From NCBI GenBank assembly GCA_903930535.1, contig CAIYYX010000246.1, positions 29,850-93,849 of the forward strand: DNA of 64,000 bases. The letters run 5' to 3'. The notes under the pieces are model-generated. The model worked only from the letters and a program-made list of their open reading frames with translations, did no database searches and had not been told where the DNA came from. Below, one piece after another: positions 61,897-64,000 of this stretch. Each line of letters starts with the position of its first letter. Positions within the stretch are counted from its first letter, which is position 1. The position numbers were made by a program, and so were the translations under genes. Source of the DNA: an uncultured Sterolibacterium sp. (GTDB taxonomy: Bacteria; Pseudomonadota; Gammaproteobacteria; Burkholderiales; Rhodocyclaceae).

Positions 61897-64000
61897 TGGA
61901 TCAGCCCGCAGCCCGCAAGAAAACCGTCACAGAGAAAAGCTCAACCTCGAGCGCGGCCACCAGCCAGCGCCGGCAGTTGCGTCTTGCCGAATTGCTGCTA
62001 GAAGTCACGCGCCGCATGGCCTCCTACGATACGCTGGACGAGGTTCTCCATGCCCTGGTCGAGATGACCACATCCGAATTGAATGCCGAGCGGGGCTCGC
62101 TGTTCCTCAACGACCCGGCCACCAACGAGCTTTATTCCCGCGTCGCGCAAGGCAACATCCAGCGAGAAATACGCCTGATGAACAATACCGGCATCGCCGG
62201 CCATGTCTATACGACCGGCACGCCGCTGTTGATCCATGACGCCTATGCCGACCCGCGCTTCAACCGCTCGGTGGACGAGCGCACGGGTTTCGTCACGCAC
62301 AACATCCTCTGCGTGCCGATCAAGACGGTCAAGGGCGAAATCATCGGCGTCGCGCAGACGCTCAACAAGAAGACTGGCCGCTTCACCAAGCAGGACCTTC
62401 AGCTTCTCGAGGCGATGACCTGTCAGGGAACGGTGGCGCTGCAAAGCGCGCAGTTCATCGAGCGCATGCGGGTCATCCGCCTGCAGGAGATGGAGTTCAT
62501 CGATGTCGTCTCCGAAGTCACGGCCGACATCAAGCTGGGCTCGCTGCTGCAGAAGGTGATGGGCGAAGCGACGCGACTCCTGAACGCCGAACGCTCGACC
62601 CTCTTTCTCAATGACGAAAAAACCAATGAGCTCTGGTCCGAGGTCGGCCAGGGCCTGGCGTCGATGCAGATACGATTGCCCAACACCGCCGGCATCGCCG
62701 GTGCGGTGTTCTCCTCGGCCAAGTCGATCAACATCCCCTATGCCTATGCCGACCTGCGCTTCAACCCGGCCTTCGACAAAAAGACCGGCTTCTTCACGCG
62801 CTCCATTCTTTGCGTGCCCATCATCAACAAAAACGGCAAAACCATAGGCGTGACCCAGGTGTTGAACAAGCGCGGCGGCCCCTTCACCACCGAGGACGAA
62901 TCGCGACTGCGCGCCTTCACCGCGCAGATTTCCATTGCCCTGGAGAACGCCAAGCTCTTCGCCGACGTGCAGGCGATGAAGAACTACAACGACGCCATGC
63001 TCGAATCCATGTCGAACGGCGTCATCACCCTGGACGAGCATGAGAACATCGTCACCTGCAATGCTTCCGGCCTGCGCATATTGCGCTCGGAGGCAAGCCT
63101 GATACTCAACCGGTCGGCCGCCGACTTCTTCGCCGAGAACAATGGCTGGATCATCGAGAAGTTGAAGCGCGTCGCCGAGACCCAGACCTCCGACATCGTC
63201 ATGGATGCCGAACTCCTGATCGAAGGAGAGAAGCTTTCGGTCAACCTCACCGCCCTGCCCCTGCTCTCCATGGAGAAGAAGCGCATCGGCTCGATGCTGA
63301 TGATAGAAGACATCTCGAACGAGAAACGCCTCAAATCCACCATGTCGCGCTACATGGATCCGGGCATCGCCGACCAGATGCTGGCGAGCGGAGCGGAATC
63401 GCTTGGCGGACAGAGCGTGAAAGCCACCGTGCTTTTCTCGGACGTGCGCAGCTTCACCACCATCACCGAGCAATTGGGCGCCCAGGGCACGGTGGCGCTC
63501 CTGAACGAATACTTCACCCTGATGGTGGATTGCATCCAGCGCGAGGAGGGCATGCTCGACAAGTTCATCGGCGATGCCATCATGGCGGCCTTCGGCATCC
63601 CCGTGCCGCACGATGACGACACCGACCGCGCCGTGCGCTCCGCCATCGCCATGATGAAGGAGCTTTCCGCCTGGAACGTAGAGCGCGTCAAAGAGGGCAA
63701 GATGGCGGTGGATATCGGTATCGGCCTCAATACCGACATGGTGGTTTCCGGCAACATCGGCTCGAAGAAGCGCATGGACTACACCATCATCGGCGATGGG
63801 GTGAATCTCGCGGCCAGGCTGGAATCCGCCTGCAAGCAGTATGGCGCGCACATCCTGATCAGCGAATTCACCTACAAGCAGCTGAAGGGGACCTACTATA
63901 GTCGGGAGCTCGATTACGTCGTCGTCAAGGGCAAGACGCAGCCGGTTGCGATCTACGAATTGCTCGATTACCACACGGAGGAAACCTATCCGCAGATGAT
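61896..64000 (+). CDS. GAF-GAF-PAS class III adenylate/guanylate cyclase (3' end beyond the window)
   Basis: Absent from the track because it runs off the edge. Manual translation gives MDQPAARKK.., two GAF domains (..DPRFNRSVDERTGFVTHNILCVPI.., ..DLRFNPAFDKKTGFFTRSILCVPI..), a PAS-like segment, and the cyclase domain VLFSDVRSFTTITE...KFIGDAIMAAFG...IIGDGVNLAARLES. Confidence 0.85.
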   Translation, partial: MDQPAARKKTVTEKSSTSSAATSQRRQLRLAELLLEVTRRMASYDTLDEVLHALVEMTTSELNAERGSLFLNDPATNELYSRVAQGNIQREIRLMNNTGIAGHVYTTGTPLLIHDAYADPRFNRSVDERTGFVTHNILCVPIKTVKGEIIGVAQTLNKKTGRFTKQDLQLLEAMTCQGTVALQSAQFIERMRVIRLQEMEFIDVVSEVTADIKLGSLLQKVMGEATRLLNAERSTLFLNDEKTNELWSEVGQGLASMQIRLPNTAGIAGAVFSSAKSINIPYAYADLRFNPAFDKKTGFFTRSILCVPIINKNGKTIGVTQVLNKRGGPFTTEDESRLRAFTAQISIALENAKLFADVQAMKNYNDAMLESMSNGVITLDEHENIVTCNASGLRILRSEASLILNRSAADFFAENNGWIIEKLKRVAETQTSDIVMDAELLIEGEKLSVNLTALPLLSMEKKRIGSMLMIEDISNEKRLKSTMSRYMDPGIADQMLASGAESLGGQSVKATVLFSDVRSFTTITEQLGAQGTVALLNEYFTLMVDCIQREEGMLDKFIGDAIMAAFGIPVPHDDDTDRAVRSAIAMMKELSAWNVERVKEGKMAVDIGIGLNTDMVVSGNIGSKKRMDYTIIGDGVNLAARLESACKQYGAHILISEFTYKQLKGTYYSRELDYVVVKGKTQPVAIYELLDYHTEETYPQM

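Noticed and set aside
61998-63974. 658-aa minus-strand ORF listed in the track while the real plus-strand gene is not listed
   Set aside because: It is the codon-aligned shadow of the GAF-GAF-PAS cyclase, which the track omits because it runs off the window. The plus-strand translation gives clean GAF and cyclase motifs. The same reasoning applies to 2490-3743 (opposite iscS) and 45812-46921 (opposite tex).
61456-64000. Cyclase plus small partner as a CBASS/Pycsar-like anti-phage signalling pair
   Set aside because: The cyclase carries sensory GAF-GAF-PAS domains typical of housekeeping signalling. The partner is a soluble coiled coil with no TM, TIR, nuclease or phospholipase effector features, and it lies upstream rather than downstream as an effector would. 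No other defence genes are nearby.

Overview
GC-rich chromosomal segment. Gene content and order look betaproteobacterial; that is an inference from synteny, Bug/TctC-family expansion and REP-like hairpins, with no search run. All product calls come from reading the supplied translations for family signatures. The ORF track uses the longest ATG/GTG/TTG ORF, so many starts were trimmed by hand. Two genes that run off the window edges (hscA at the 5' end, a cyclase at the 3' end) are missing from the track and were translated manually.

Layout:
- 1-7800: isc Fe-S operon on the minus strand, cysE / iscR / extra NifS-like desulfurase / iscS / iscU / iscA / hscB / hscA', then trmJ divergent from suhB.
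- 7.8-12.3 kb: a UbiD-family decarboxylase translationally coupled to three tandem Bug/TctC solute-binding proteins.
- 12.3-15 kb: mutS.
- 15-33 kb: slyD, bcp, zapE, then a TCA supercluster (lpdA-sucB-sucA-gltA-sdhE-sdhBADC, GntR regulator, mdh, CitE-like lyase, acnB).
- 33-41.5 kb: secreted NHL/beta-propeller protein, ybcJ-like, pit plus DUF47, a conserved hypothetical, dadA, msrB-yciB-yciI-bolA-ppiC.
- 41.5-47.8 kb: purL and tex.
- 47.8-52.4 kb: the only clearly accessory patch. It holds an IS66-family remnant (tnpA, tnpB, 5' stub of tnpC) butted against the tex stop codon, an AT-richer scrap with a DUF4214-like fragment, a FeoA-less atypical feoB, an orphan ORF and an AmiD-type amidase.
- 52.5-64 kb: IorAB-type molybdenum hydroxylase, selO, an orphan MCP, pepN, and a 36-residue-repeat coiled-coil protein coupled (TGATG) to a GAF-GAF-PAS class III cyclase.

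I saw no rRNA, tRNA, CRISPR array or recognisable defence system. The most novel candidates are modest: the UbiD plus 3xBug module, the coiled-coil plus PDE-type tandem-GAF cyclase pair, and the IS66-scarred feoB patch with its orphan ORFs. None is demonstrably a new system from sequence alone.
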